The notes under the pieces are model-generated. The model worked only from the letters and a program-made list of their open reading frames with translations, did not search any database and was not told the origin of the DNA. A DNA stretch of 63,834 nt, the filler included, from an uncultured Gemmatimonadota bacterium (GTDB lineage: Bacteria; Blakebacterota; Blakebacteria; Blakebacterales; Blakebacteraceae): NCBI GenBank assembly GCA_964576115.1. It is 4 parts of 4 records of this genome, joined end to end, with 100 filler letters (N's around TTAATTAATTAA, not from the genome) between each part and the next. Parts side by side here need not be neighbours in the genome. Positions count along the whole stretch, not along the records: positions 37,027 to 54,965 come from CAZNUA010000061.1; 3 more parts are not named here. One strand, given 5' to 3'. Shown here piece after piece: positions 38,714-48,482 of this stretch. Numbering within the stretch: position 1 is the stretch's first letter; each line of letters begins with the position of its first letter. The position numbers and the translations under genes are program-made.

Positions 38714-41700
38714 ATGATGAGGCTGCGGGGTCTGCTCCCACTGCTCTTCGGTAGTGCTCTGCTCATGCTCGGTTTGGGTTCAGCCGGTGATTGTCTCGGA
38801 AGTGCCGGAGCGTCTGCGGCCGACAGCACAGGCCCGGGAGATATCGCCGATCTCTTCCGGTCCGGCTGGGTCCTCGAAGATGTCAACCACGATGAGATCA
38901 TCGATCGGCTCGACCTGCGGCTGCTGCTTCCCGACCGAGCAGGTCAGGCCGGTACGGCGGCAGCCGCCAACCTGGCGGCGCGTTTCGCCTTCGAGACCAG
39001 TGCGCTGGATCCCGGGCTCGTCGCCCGGTTCTCGGCACCGGGCCGCCCTCTCGCACACCCGGTGATCGCGATCGGCACGCGCGACGAGTTGCGGGGCCTG
39101 CTGCCCTCCGACCTCCTCGACCGGGCCGGACGGTTGCGTCCGGGGCAGGGCGTCGTGCTGCATCTCGAACCCGATGAAACCTGGCTCGAGGGTGGAGCAG
39201 TGGTCATGGGCGAGGACGCCACCGGACTGCTGGCCGCTGCCGACTGGCTCGCCGGACGCGCCCCCGCGCTCTGGAAAACGGACGGGCCGGAACTGGCGGC
39301 TGTACGGGAAAAGCTCTCCGAATTCCTCTCCAGCCGGGAGATCGCGGCGGGTTCGATCACCGTGAGCGGTCTGGTGGTCGATGCAGCCGAATCGGGTCTG
39401 AGCCGTCTGACGGTGCGTCTCTCGGTTCGGGCCGCCGATGACTTCGCCCGCGCGGTGGCGGCCTTCGAGGGCCGGGAGGCCGGACCGCAGGATACCGCCG
39501 ATGTACCGCAGGCGGGCGGTACCGGGGGCGCACGTTCGGAGCGCGAACGCAACCTCGATCTGACCGCACTGGAATTCCGCGACCTGCACCGGCTCGAGGT
39601 CGTCATCGAAGGTCCCCGGGCTCCGCACACGGTTCAACTGCGCCCCCGCCGCCCGTGGGAGACCGCCCCGGGGCGTGGGGCTCCGCGCGGGGCTTCGCCC
39701 GACTTCACCCTCTCGCGGTTCTATTCCATCGAGGGGCTCTTCCGGGATGCCGACGGCGATTTCCTACCCGACGACACACCCGCCTGGATCGCCCTGGATG
39801 GAACGGCTCCGGCGGCAGCGGTGGTCGATCTGGCCACCCGGATCGGTCTGGAAACCACCGGCCTTCGGCTCCCCCTGGTCCGACCGGCCGGCGAGGACGA
39901 CGATCCGCAGCGTCTGGGCCTGCCCCTGCTCGTCGGACTCGACGGCTACCAGCTCGAGCGCCTGGAGTCCGAAAGCCGACTCCATCTGCCGACCGGGGCC
40001 GCCGGCGAGGGGTTCCTCGAGTTCGTTCCCGAGGCCTTCGGCGAATCGAACGGTCTGGTCCTCTCGGGCACCGACGGGGCCGGTCTGGAAACGATCGCGG
40101 ACTATATCGCCCGTCGCCTGCCCTGGCTGTGGGAGTACGGTCGAGGCAACTACGCCCTGAGCGATGTGGAAAACGAGGTGCGCCGCTTCTTCCAGGCCGC
40201 CGACGGCGCCGGCCAGACAGCGGTCGGGATCGAGAAACTCGAGACCTGGCTCGGGCGGCTCGAGGGCGCCGATCTGGAGCGGATCGAGGTCGAACTGGCA
40301 GTTGATGGCTCACCTGACGGTCTCGATCGTTTCATCGAGAACAGGATCTGTGCCCGGTACCCCGAGACCGAGGTCGCGGTCGCCACGTTCGGGACCGATT
40401 ATGGAGTCGGCCGGACGATTTTCGACGAGGCCCTGGAGGTGCCCTGGGAGGTCGATACCTTCCGTACCCGCTTTGCCGCAGAGGTCCTTCCCGCGGTCGG
40501 GGCCCGTAGCGGGGGGCGAATCACGGTCCTGGTCAGCGAACCCCCCGCAGTGCGGGCCGACCTCGAGGCCGAGATCGCCGCCGCTCTTCAGGCGCGCGGC
40601 GCTGACCCCGGGGCCTTCGAGATCACCGTTCTCTGCGCCTACAAGCAGGGCTTCAGCTGGCTCAACGACAGCGTGCTGCCCCGCCTGCACGGCGAGGAGA
40701 TCGGGGGGATCGAGATCACATATCACACCCTGCAGGATTCCGAGGAAATCCGCTGGCAGACCATCCACGCCAACACCCGCTGGCTGCAGGAGATCTTTCC
40801 CATCGACGCCGTCATGGCCCGTGAGCTGGGGATTCCCGACTCACTCGTCACCTTCCGGGCCACTCAGCAGAGCGAGCCGACCTATACCGTGACCGTCACC
40901 GATCCCGCCGGACACCGGATCCTGCGCGACAGCTTCAGCGCCCGCTATATCGTGCGGCCCTTCTTCGATCTCTTTCCCGAATATGAATCGCTGCGGGTTA
41001 CGACCGGCTGGGTCACAGCCGACGTGGACGGCCGGACCGTGCTCGACGAACGCATCCCGACCGACCTGGATGGCGTCTGGGATCACCTGCAGCAGGTGAC
41101 CTACCGGCAACTCGTCGATTACGTGATGGATCTGCAGGAGGGTCGCCCCGCGGCCCGCAACGCGCCCTATTTCGACCGCCTGGATATCGAGGTGGCCCTG
41201 AGCGAGCCCGACGACCGGCTCGGTATCGACGAGGAGGTGATCTCCAGCCTCGAAGCTCTGCACGAGGATATCTTCTTCGAAACCCTGACTCTCTTCAGCC
41301 TCCTCGGCTCCCGCTATGGCGTCGGCGGTCTGAACTACCCGGGGCGCATTCTGCCCTGGATGCACGCTCTCGACGGGGGCGGCCCCGGCCGGATGACGGT
41401 CACCCTGACCGGCCGTGAACGGGCTTTTCCCGAACTGGTGCTCACAACCACTGCAGCGGGTGTTGAACCGGAGCGGCGTGACTACACTCTGACCGGAACC
41501 GGCGTCGAACCCCCCGTTCTGCGGGGGATCGCGGTCAGAGCCGGCGACGAGGAACTCTCCCGCCTGCTCTTCGACGTGACCGCGACCGACACCCTCGACC
41601 GTTATGCCGAGTACCGATGGCGGGGAGATGAAGAAGCGATCGATGCCGAGTTCCTCGACGCCGGGCGGCTCCTGCGGCTCATCGGCATCCTGCGCGACCT

Positions 41701-43006
41701 GCACGGCGCCGGTCTCTATGAAGATGAACTCGGCTTCGACCGGGTGGGGGAGCTCGTCTTTCGCGTCACCCTCGAAGACTCGATCCGGTACTCCCGTACA
41801 GCGGTCCTGCCGCGCCCGCGTCACCCCCGGGACACGCACCGCGCCGACCTGCGCGATCGGCGCTTTTCCTGGACCGGGGAGCGGATCGTGCCGTGGGAGA
41901 CCCCGATCCCGCCGGGCGAGTGCGCCGAACTCCTGGCCCGGCTCAACACCTTCCCCGAGGTCAATGTCTCCTGGGCCGCCACCTCGACCCTGGGACACGA
42001 TCTCTATTCCGTCGAGCTCTATCCCCCGGTCGGGGGTTCGCTGGTGTCCCGGGCCAAGCTGAACGCCTCCAAACCGACTCTGTTCTGTTTCGGGCGGGTG
42101 CACGGCAACGAGGTCTCGAGCACCAGCCACATCCTGCGCCTGATCGAACTCTGCGCCACCGATTCGACCTGGCGGGCCTACCTCGACCGGGTCAACGTGG
42201 TGCTCTACCCGATCACCAATCCCGACGGGGCCCAGATCGCGTACGACATGTGGCAGGACAACCCCGATTTCATGCTTCATGTCGGCCGCCCCGGCGCTTT
42301 CGGCACCGATGTCAGCTCGCGGGTGCGCCCGGGCGAAGATCCGGTTTACCCCGAGTCGGGGGTGGTCTACGAACTGCGCGAACTGGCCCTGCCCGACATC
42401 GTGATCGACATGCACGGGGTGCCCTCGCACGAGTGGGTTCAGCACTTCGCCGGGTACAGTGCCTGGGTGCGCAGCCGTTACGGCGGAGCGCGCAGTTACT
42501 GGCTGCCCCGCGGCTGGTATATCCCCGGATTCTCCTGGATCGAGGACGAACGCTACCCCGAGATCGAAACCGCCCAGCAGGCCATCACCGATTCGATCGT
42601 GATCGCGGTGACCTCCGTGCCCGAGGTGGAAGAGATGAACCGCCGCATCTATGGCCGCTATATCAAGTACGGCCGTCAGGATGCTGAAACGTACCGGGAG
42701 TACTTTTACCGCGGTATCCAGCTCGAAGCCCGGCTGGGCACGAACCGGGTGTCGGGATCGGGGCTGACCGGACCAAAGGTGACCTACTACTCGATCACGA
42801 CCGAGGCGGCCGACGAGACCGCGTACGGGCAGTGGCTCGAGCTGGTCTGCCGGGCGGGGCTGGCGCATTCGACCGCCCTGCTCAGGTATCTGGCCGACGG
42901 CGACCCCCGCCGCGAGCGCGAGGCGGCGGAATCGGCGGCGTACATCACCCGCACCATCTCACGCACCAAACCGGTTCTGCCCCGCGCAGCAGAGCCGCCG
43001 GAGTGA
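38714..43006 (+). CDS. Very large secreted protein with C-terminal M14-like zinc peptidase domain
   Basis: AGGAGG RBS before ATG 38714; signal peptide; C-terminal HGNE, NPDG, DMHG, TTEAADE. Confidence 0.82.
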   Translation: MMRLRGLLPLLFGSALLMLGLGSAGDCLGSAGASAADSTGPGDIADLFRSGWVLEDVNHDEIIDRLDLRLLLPDRAGQAGTAAAANLAARFAFETSALDPGLVARFSAPGRPLAHPVIAIGTRDELRGLLPSDLLDRAGRLRPGQGVVLHLEPDETWLEGGAVVMGEDATGLLAAADWLAGRAPALWKTDGPELAAVREKLSEFLSSREIAAGSITVSGLVVDAAESGLSRLTVRLSVRAADDFARAVAAFEGREAGPQDTADVPQAGGTGGARSERERNLDLTALEFRDLHRLEVVIEGPRAPHTVQLRPRRPWETAPGRGAPRGASPDFTLSRFYSIEGLFRDADGDFLPDDTPAWIALDGTAPAAAVVDLATRIGLETTGLRLPLVRPAGEDDDPQRLGLPLLVGLDGYQLERLESESRLHLPTGAAGEGFLEFVPEAFGESNGLVLSGTDGAGLETIADYIARRLPWLWEYGRGNYALSDVENEVRRFFQAADGAGQTAVGIEKLETWLGRLEGADLERIEVELAVDGSPDGLDRFIENRICARYPETEVAVATFGTDYGVGRTIFDEALEVPWEVDTFRTRFAAEVLPAVGARSGGRITVLVSEPPAVRADLEAEIAAALQARGADPGAFEITVLCAYKQGFSWLNDSVLPRLHGEEIGGIEITYHTLQDSEEIRWQTIHANTRWLQEIFPIDAVMARELGIPDSLVTFRATQQSEPTYTVTVTDPAGHRILRDSFSARYIVRPFFDLFPEYESLRVTTGWVTADVDGRTVLDERIPTDLDGVWDHLQQVTYRQLVDYVMDLQEGRPAARNAPYFDRLDIEVALSEPDDRLGIDEEVISSLEALHEDIFFETLTLFSLLGSRYGVGGLNYPGRILPWMHALDGGGPGRMTVTLTGRERAFPELVLTTTAAGVEPERRDYTLTGTGVEPPVLRGIAVRAGDEELSRLLFDVTATDTLDRYAEYRWRGDEEAIDAEFLDAGRLLRLIGILRDLHGAGLYEDELGFDRVGELVFRVTLEDSIRYSRTAVLPRPRHPRDTHRADLRDRRFSWTGERIVPWETPIPPGECAELLARLNTFPEVNVSWAATSTLGHDLYSVELYPPVGGSLVSRAKLNASKPTLFCFGRVHGNEVSSTSHILRLIELCATDSTWRAYLDRVNVVLYPITNPDGAQIAYDMWQDNPDFMLHVGRPGAFGTDVSSRVRPGEDPVYPESGVVYELRELALPDIVIDMHGVPSHEWVQHFAGYSAWVRSRYGGARSYWLPRGWYIPGFSWIEDERYPEIETAQQAITDSIVIAVTSVPEVEEMNRRIYGRYIKYGRQDAETYREYFYRGIQLEARLGTNRVSGSGLTGPKVTYYSITTEAADETAYGQWLELVCRAGLAHSTALLRYLADGDPRREREAAESAAYITRTISRTKPVLPRAAEPPE

Positions 43007-43941
43007 TGAGGGTGATGTCGGCGCCTCGCAGCAGCCTCCTCTGTCTTCTCTGTCTCTGGGTCGGAGCGCCGGTCGCTTCGAGCCGGGGTCAGACAGCCGG
43101 GGAGGTGGCCATGGCGATCTACGGCGATCCGAAAGGGCATCACATAACCCACGAACGGGTTCTGCGGCAGATCGCCGGTTTCGAACCGCAGGTCATCCTG
43201 AATACCGGCGATCTGGTGCCACTCGGAACCTGGCAGCCCTCCTGGAACCGGTTCCGGAGGATCTTGGAGGGAGTCTTTCCCACTCCCCGGACTTCGCCCC
43301 TCTACCTGGCCGTGCCGGGCAATCACGACATTGCCGGAGATGAGCGGAATTACGAACACTGGCACCGGAACCTGCCCTGGCTACCGGGCAACGGCACCTT
43401 CTATGTTTCCGATCACGGTCCCCTGCGCCTGATCGTGCTTGATGCCAATCCGGTGGCGCTGGGCTCGGTCCAGACCGATTCGCTGCGGGCCTGGCTGGAA
43501 CACAACACCCGGCCCTGGGTGATCGTCGCCTGGCACCAGGTGAGCTTTCCCTTCGGATCGAAGCCGATGCACACCTTCAGCCGCGACGAGTGGTGGCCGG
43601 TGCTCTACGATTACGGAGTCGATCTGGTCGTCAACGGCCATGCCCACTACTACGCCCGCTCCCGGCCGCTTCGTCCGCACCCCGAGCCTCCCTATGCCAC
43701 GCCGGACGAGGCCGGTCCGGTACAGATCATCTCGGCCGCCGGAGGAGCCGGACGTTACCGGGTCGGCAAGGATGACTACAACTCTCTCTACTTTGATGAA
43801 CTGCTCGTCACGGCGGTGGATTCTCTCTGGTCGTGGTGCGCGGTGACCGTCACCGATTCGACTCTCAGCGTGCAGGCCCGGGCTCTCACCGGGAATACGT
43901 TCGACTTCTTCGTGCTGAAACGTCGCGGTCCGCTCCGCTGA
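43006..43941 (+). CDS. Secreted metallophosphoesterase (purple acid phosphatase-like)
   Basis: TGATG coupling to the upstream gene; YGD, TGDL, GNHD, NGHAHYYAR. Confidence 0.85.
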   Translation: MRVMSAPRSSLLCLLCLWVGAPVASSRGQTAGEVAMAIYGDPKGHHITHERVLRQIAGFEPQVILNTGDLVPLGTWQPSWNRFRRILEGVFPTPRTSPLYLAVPGNHDIAGDERNYEHWHRNLPWLPGNGTFYVSDHGPLRLIVLDANPVALGSVQTDSLRAWLEHNTRPWVIVAWHQVSFPFGSKPMHTFSRDEWWPVLYDYGVDLVVNGHAHYYARSRPLRPHPEPPYATPDEAGPVQIISAAGGAGRYRVGKDDYNSLYFDELLVTAVDSLWSWCAVTVTDSTLSVQARALTGNTFDFFVLKRRGPLR

Positions 43942-43988
43942 AGTCGGCCCGAATCAGATCCGATGTTGTTGCAACCTCCCGGTACGGC

Positions 43989-44025
43989 TTGCGTACATAT
44001 ATGAGACTCTTATATATGAGAGTCT
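43989..44025 (+). promoter_or_regulatory. Putative PadR promoter/operator
   Basis: TTGCGT then TATATA; palindrome AGACTCT-TATATATG-AGAGTCT (44004-44025). Confidence 0.55.
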
Positions 44026-44067
44026 GAAAGCACCGGTCTTCATTGAACCTTTACCGGGAGATATCCG

Positions 44068-44406
44068 GTGGGCAAGGAATCCCTGACACTGCTCAAAGGC
44101 ACCCTCGACCTGCTCATCCTCAAGACCCTGAGTCTCGGGCCCCTGCACGGCTACGAGATCGCCAAGTGGGTCAAACAGCAGACGCACGAAGCCATCGACA
44201 TCGAATACGGCGCTCTCTACCAGGCCCTGCTGCGCCTGGAGAGCCGGGGCTGGCTCGAAGCGGAGTGGCGTGAGTCGCCGACTGGACGTGAGGTCCGCTT
44301 CTACGACCTCACCTCCGAGGGACGACGCCAGTTCGCCGAACAGTCCGAGAGCTGGGACCGCTACGTGGCGGCGATGGCCAGTGTTCTCAAAGCGGCGGAG
44401 GCCTGA
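44068..44406 (+). CDS. PadR family transcriptional regulator
   Basis: LLKGTLDLLIL, HGYEI, GALYQALLRLE, FYDLT. Confidence 0.93.
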   Translation: MGKESLTLLKGTLDLLILKTLSLGPLHGYEIAKWVKQQTHEAIDIEYGALYQALLRLESRGWLEAEWRESPTGREVRFYDLTSEGRRQFAEQSESWDRYVAAMASVLKAAEA

Positions 44407-44408
44407 TC

Positions 44409-47165
44409 ATGACGGAGCGCGAAGGCTGGAAACGGAGCGGGTACATCAACGGCCGGCGCCCCGAGAGCCGGAGTCTGCCGGTCGACGAAGAAGTCGGCAA
44501 GGAGATCGAGACCACGATCGAGATGATGGTCGAGGATCTGATCTCCGAGGGCTGGGATCCCGGGGATGCCCGGGCCGAAGCCCGACGCCGGTTCGGCGAT
44601 CCCGATCAAATCGGCCGCGAGTCGCGCCGGATCGTGTCGGCCGGCGACCGCCGGCGTCATCGGGTCAACTTCTTCGATACCCTGAAGCAGGATACGGTCT
44701 ACGCCCTGCGCACCCTGCGTGCCTCGCCCGGTTTCACCACCGTGGCGGTCCTGATCCTGGCCATCGGCATCGGCGCCAACGTGGCCATCTTCAGCATGCT
44801 CAAGGGACTGTCACTGCGCCCGCTCCCCTTCCCCGATCCCGACCGGGTCGTGGCCATCTGGGAGACCGAGACCGGCGGCCGGGGCTACCAGCCCTTCACC
44901 GGCCCCGATTATTTCGAGATGAGGGACAACAATTCCAGCTTCGAGGAGTTCGGAATCTACGGCTTCCGCTGGTTCAATACCCTGCTCGACGATCAACCGC
45001 AGCGCATCCGGGCCGTGGTGACCACCGCCAGCATGCTGCGCGCCCTCGACCTGCCTCCCCTGCACGGGCGGCTCTTCACCGACGACGATGAATTCCCCGA
45101 CCGCAACAAGGTCGCGATTCTCGGACATGAATACTGGCAGGAGGCCTATGGCGGCGATCCCGAACTGATCGGTTCCTGGATCACTCTGAACCGGGCGAGC
45201 TATCAGGTGGTGGGTATCCTGGGACCCGAATTCGAGGTCCCCAGCCCGTGGGGGCGGTCCGAACCGGTCAAACTCTTCATCCCGATCGAGGTATCGCGGA
45301 CCGAGCGGCGCGGCTGGCACACCTGGGCCGCCCTCGGCCGGCTCAAGCCCGGTGTGTCGCCGATGCAGGCCGAGGCCGATCTGCGCGTGATCGCCGCCCG
45401 CCTGCAGGAGGAATACCCCGATACCAACGGCCAGACCGATGTCTGGATCGACCCTCTCATGCGCCGGGCCCTGGGTAGTATCACCGGTAATCTCATCGCT
45501 CTGCTTATCGTGGTGGGCTTCGTCCTCTTCGTGGCCGCGGCCAATGTGGCCAGCATGCTCCTGGCCCGCGGGGTGTCCCGGCAGACCGAGATCGCCATCA
45601 GATCGTCCTTCGGAGCCGGGGCGCGGCGGATCATGCGGCAGTTGCTCACCGAGAGCATGATCCTCTCGATCATGGGCGGGATCGTGGGAATAATCTTCGC
45701 CTTCTGGAGCCTCGGGGCCCTCAAGGGGCTCTTCCCGCCGACCGTACCGCGGGTCGAGGGTATCCAGATCGACGGCTGGGTGCTCTTCTTCGCCTTCGCC
45801 ATCATGACCCTGACCGGTCTGCTCTTCGGGCTGGTGCCGGCGCTGTTCGCCGCCCGCACCAATCTGGTGGCGGCCCTGACCGGTAGCGGGGGCGGCCGGA
45901 GCGGGGGCGGGCGCCGGCGCAACCGCTTTCTCTCGGGTCTGGTCATCGGACAGCTGGCCGTCGCCCTGCTGCTGGTCAACCTGTCGGTGTTGATCCTGAT
46001 CAGTTTCGTGAACATCACCCGGTTACAGCAGGGATACGACACCGAGGAAGTGCTCGTCGCCAGCCTCGTCCTCGACGGTCCGGCCTATGAGACCAGCTCC
46101 GGGCGCATGGCCTTCTGGAATGAACTGCTGCCCCGGCTCGAGAGCGTGCCCGGGGTCGAAGCGGTAGGGGTGACCACCAAACTGCCCGCCAACGGCGGCA
46201 CCAACGGTAGTCTCCTGATCGAGGGGGAGGCCTACGACAACCAGGAACGCCGCCCCCTGGTGGAGGTTTCCTACGTCACCCCCGGGTACTTTGCCGCCAT
46301 GGGTATCGAGATCCGCCAGGGGAGGGGTTTCGAGGATACCGATGTCGCGACGGGAATTGCGATTGCGGATAACACCGGTGACAGAGCGGAATTTCCCTCC
46401 TACGACACCGATCAGGGAGTGGAGTTCCCCGCCATCGTCAACGAGACCTTTGTCCGTCGGTACTGGCCCGAGGAAGAGATCGCACTCGGCCGCCGGTTCC
46501 GGGCCAACTCGGCCGAACCGCAGTGGTCCTCGACCATCGTCGGTGTGGTCGAGGATGTGCGGCAGTGGGGGCTCACCTACCCGGCCCTGCGCGAGCGCTA
46601 CCATCCCCTGAGCCTGTCCAGCAACACCAGCCTGGCGCTGGTACTGAGGGCCGAACGCGACCCTGCCGGCTTTGCCGCGATCGTGCGGGAGACGGTGAAA
46701 GACATCGATCCGCTGCTGCCGGTCGACAACTTCCGGACCATGGCCGATGTGGTTCACGGTCAGCAGATGGGGGTGCGGATCATGGCCCTGCTGATCGGTC
46801 TCTTCGCCCTGATCGCGGTCGCTCTGGCGGCGGCGGGCACCTATGGGGTCATGTCTTTCAGGATGTCACAGCGCACCCACGAGATCGGCGTGCGGATCGC
46901 CCTGGGGGCCGATCGTTCGGCGGTCGTGCGTCATTTCATCCTGCGGGGACTCAAACTGACCGGTATCGGCGGGATCGTCGGGGTCGGGTTGATACTGGCC
47001 GCCACGGCGGCTCTTTCGAGCACTCTGTTCGGTATCCAGGCGGTGCAGGTCCTCTATGTCATCCTGGGGATCGTCGCCCTGGGGATCGTCGTCTTTCTGG
47101 CCACAGCCCTGCCGGCGATACGGGCGACCCGCGTCGATCCGGTCGACGCCCTGCGGGTGGAATAG
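44409..47165 (+). CDS. ADOP-type duplicated ABC permease (MacB_PCD/FtsX x2)
   Basis: ARRRFG prefix; QDTVYALRTL; LAIGIGANVAIFS; EIGVRIALGA; VDPVDALRVE. Confidence 0.92.
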   Translation: MTEREGWKRSGYINGRRPESRSLPVDEEVGKEIETTIEMMVEDLISEGWDPGDARAEARRRFGDPDQIGRESRRIVSAGDRRRHRVNFFDTLKQDTVYALRTLRASPGFTTVAVLILAIGIGANVAIFSMLKGLSLRPLPFPDPDRVVAIWETETGGRGYQPFTGPDYFEMRDNNSSFEEFGIYGFRWFNTLLDDQPQRIRAVVTTASMLRALDLPPLHGRLFTDDDEFPDRNKVAILGHEYWQEAYGGDPELIGSWITLNRASYQVVGILGPEFEVPSPWGRSEPVKLFIPIEVSRTERRGWHTWAALGRLKPGVSPMQAEADLRVIAARLQEEYPDTNGQTDVWIDPLMRRALGSITGNLIALLIVVGFVLFVAAANVASMLLARGVSRQTEIAIRSSFGAGARRIMRQLLTESMILSIMGGIVGIIFAFWSLGALKGLFPPTVPRVEGIQIDGWVLFFAFAIMTLTGLLFGLVPALFAARTNLVAALTGSGGGRSGGGRRRNRFLSGLVIGQLAVALLLVNLSVLILISFVNITRLQQGYDTEEVLVASLVLDGPAYETSSGRMAFWNELLPRLESVPGVEAVGVTTKLPANGGTNGSLLIEGEAYDNQERRPLVEVSYVTPGYFAAMGIEIRQGRGFEDTDVATGIAIADNTGDRAEFPSYDTDQGVEFPAIVNETFVRRYWPEEEIALGRRFRANSAEPQWSSTIVGVVEDVRQWGLTYPALRERYHPLSLSSNTSLALVLRAERDPAGFAAIVRETVKDIDPLLPVDNFRTMADVVHGQQMGVRIMALLIGLFALIAVALAAAGTYGVMSFRMSQRTHEIGVRIALGADRSAVVRHFILRGLKLTGIGGIVGVGLILAATAALSSTLFGIQAVQVLYVILGIVALGIVVFLATALPAIRATRVDPVDALRVE

Positions 47166-47204
47166 GCGAGCGGAGCTAACCGTCACCGGAATCGGAGAAA
47201 TACG

Positions 47205-47238
47205 TTGACATAGTTGCGGATTTACAGGATAATCCGCA
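47205..47238 (+). promoter_or_regulatory. sigma70 promoter with overlapping palindromic operator
   Basis: TTGACA-N17-GATAAT; TGCGGATT-N8-AATCCGCA (47215-47238). Confidence 0.7.
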
Positions 47239-47243
47239 TCACT

Positions 47244-48416
47244 ATGCCTGAATATCAAGAGTTTCCGCGTGCACTCCGGTTGACCTGGAACCCGAATCCC
47301 CGGACCGGAGCCGCCGCCCTCTTCCTCTGGGGGGCGCGCCAGACCGGCAAGACCACCTACCTGCACCGGACATTCCCCTCGGCCCTTTACTACGATCTGC
47401 TCGATACCGCCCTGTGCGCCGAGTTGAGTGTCCGCCCGCATCGCCTGCGGGAGGATGTGCTGGGCGATTCCCCCGGACTCGTGGTCATTGACGAGGTGCA
47501 GCATGTTCCGCTCCTGCTGCCGGAAGTCCACTGGTTGCTCGAGAATACCGCCACCCGATTTGTGCTCTGCGGCTCGAGCGCCCGGAAACTGCGGCACCGG
47601 GCTCGAAACCTGCTCGGCGGTCGAGCCACCGAGTTCTCCCTGCTGCCCTTGACCTCCCAAGAGATAGGCGATGTCGACCTCGCGCGCGTGCTGCGATTCG
47701 GCAGCCTGCCCGTGCACTATCTGGCGGACGATCCCGCTTCCCTGCTGCGGGCGTATGTAAACACGTATCTCAAGGCCGAGATCATCGACGAGTCGGTTAC
47801 CCGCAACATCCCGGCCTTCTCGCGTTTCCTGCAGGTGGTCGGTTTGAATCACGGACAGCAGGTCAACTACACGGCCGTCGCCCGGGAGACGGGGGTATCG
47901 GCCAACACCGTGCGCAGCTACTTCCAGATCCTCGAGGATACTCTGCTCGGCTTCACCCTGGAGCCGTGGCGCAGGCGCCAGAAGCGGCGCCTCGTGGAGA
48001 CGGCCAAATTCTACCTTTTCGATATCGGGGTGGCCAATTACCTGCACCCCGAAGGGGCCGCGATCGCCGAGGGATCAAACCGGTACGGACGGGCATTCGA
48101 GCACTTTGTCCTGAACGAGGTCCGCGCCTACCTGGCCTATACGAATACCGACCTGCCGCTCACCTTCTGGCGTACCAGTTCCGGCTTCGAGGTCGACCTC
48201 GTCATCGGCTCCATGGACCTCGTCATCGAGTGCAAGTCGACGCGTGAGGTGCGGGCCGCCGATCTGAAGGGGTTGAGGGCGTTGCGGGAGGAACACACAC
48301 CGAAGTGCTCGCAGGTCGTCTGCAGGGTACAGAACCGGCGCCGGACCGAGGACGGGATCGATATCGTCCCCTGGCGGGAGTTCTGCCGTGAACTCTGGGC
48401 GGGGGAACTGGTCTGA
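47244..48416 (+). CDS. AAA+ ATPase (AAA_14) with DUF4143, second copy
   Basis: GARQTGKT, VIDEVQ, GSSARKL, KFYLFDIG, EVDL..IECK. Confidence 0.92.
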   Translation: MPEYQEFPRALRLTWNPNPRTGAAALFLWGARQTGKTTYLHRTFPSALYYDLLDTALCAELSVRPHRLREDVLGDSPGLVVIDEVQHVPLLLPEVHWLLENTATRFVLCGSSARKLRHRARNLLGGRATEFSLLPLTSQEIGDVDLARVLRFGSLPVHYLADDPASLLRAYVNTYLKAEIIDESVTRNIPAFSRFLQVVGLNHGQQVNYTAVARETGVSANTVRSYFQILEDTLLGFTLEPWRRRQKRRLVETAKFYLFDIGVANYLHPEGAAIAEGSNRYGRAFEHFVLNEVRAYLAYTNTDLPLTFWRTSSGFEVDLVIGSMDLVIECKSTREVRAADLKGLRALREEHTPKCSQVVCRVQNRRRTEDGIDIVPWREFCRELWAGELV

Positions 48417-48482
48417 CGGATTTCGCGCAGACATCGCTCGCGCTGACCGATACCCTGATGCGAAGTGGAGTGAGTTCTGGTT

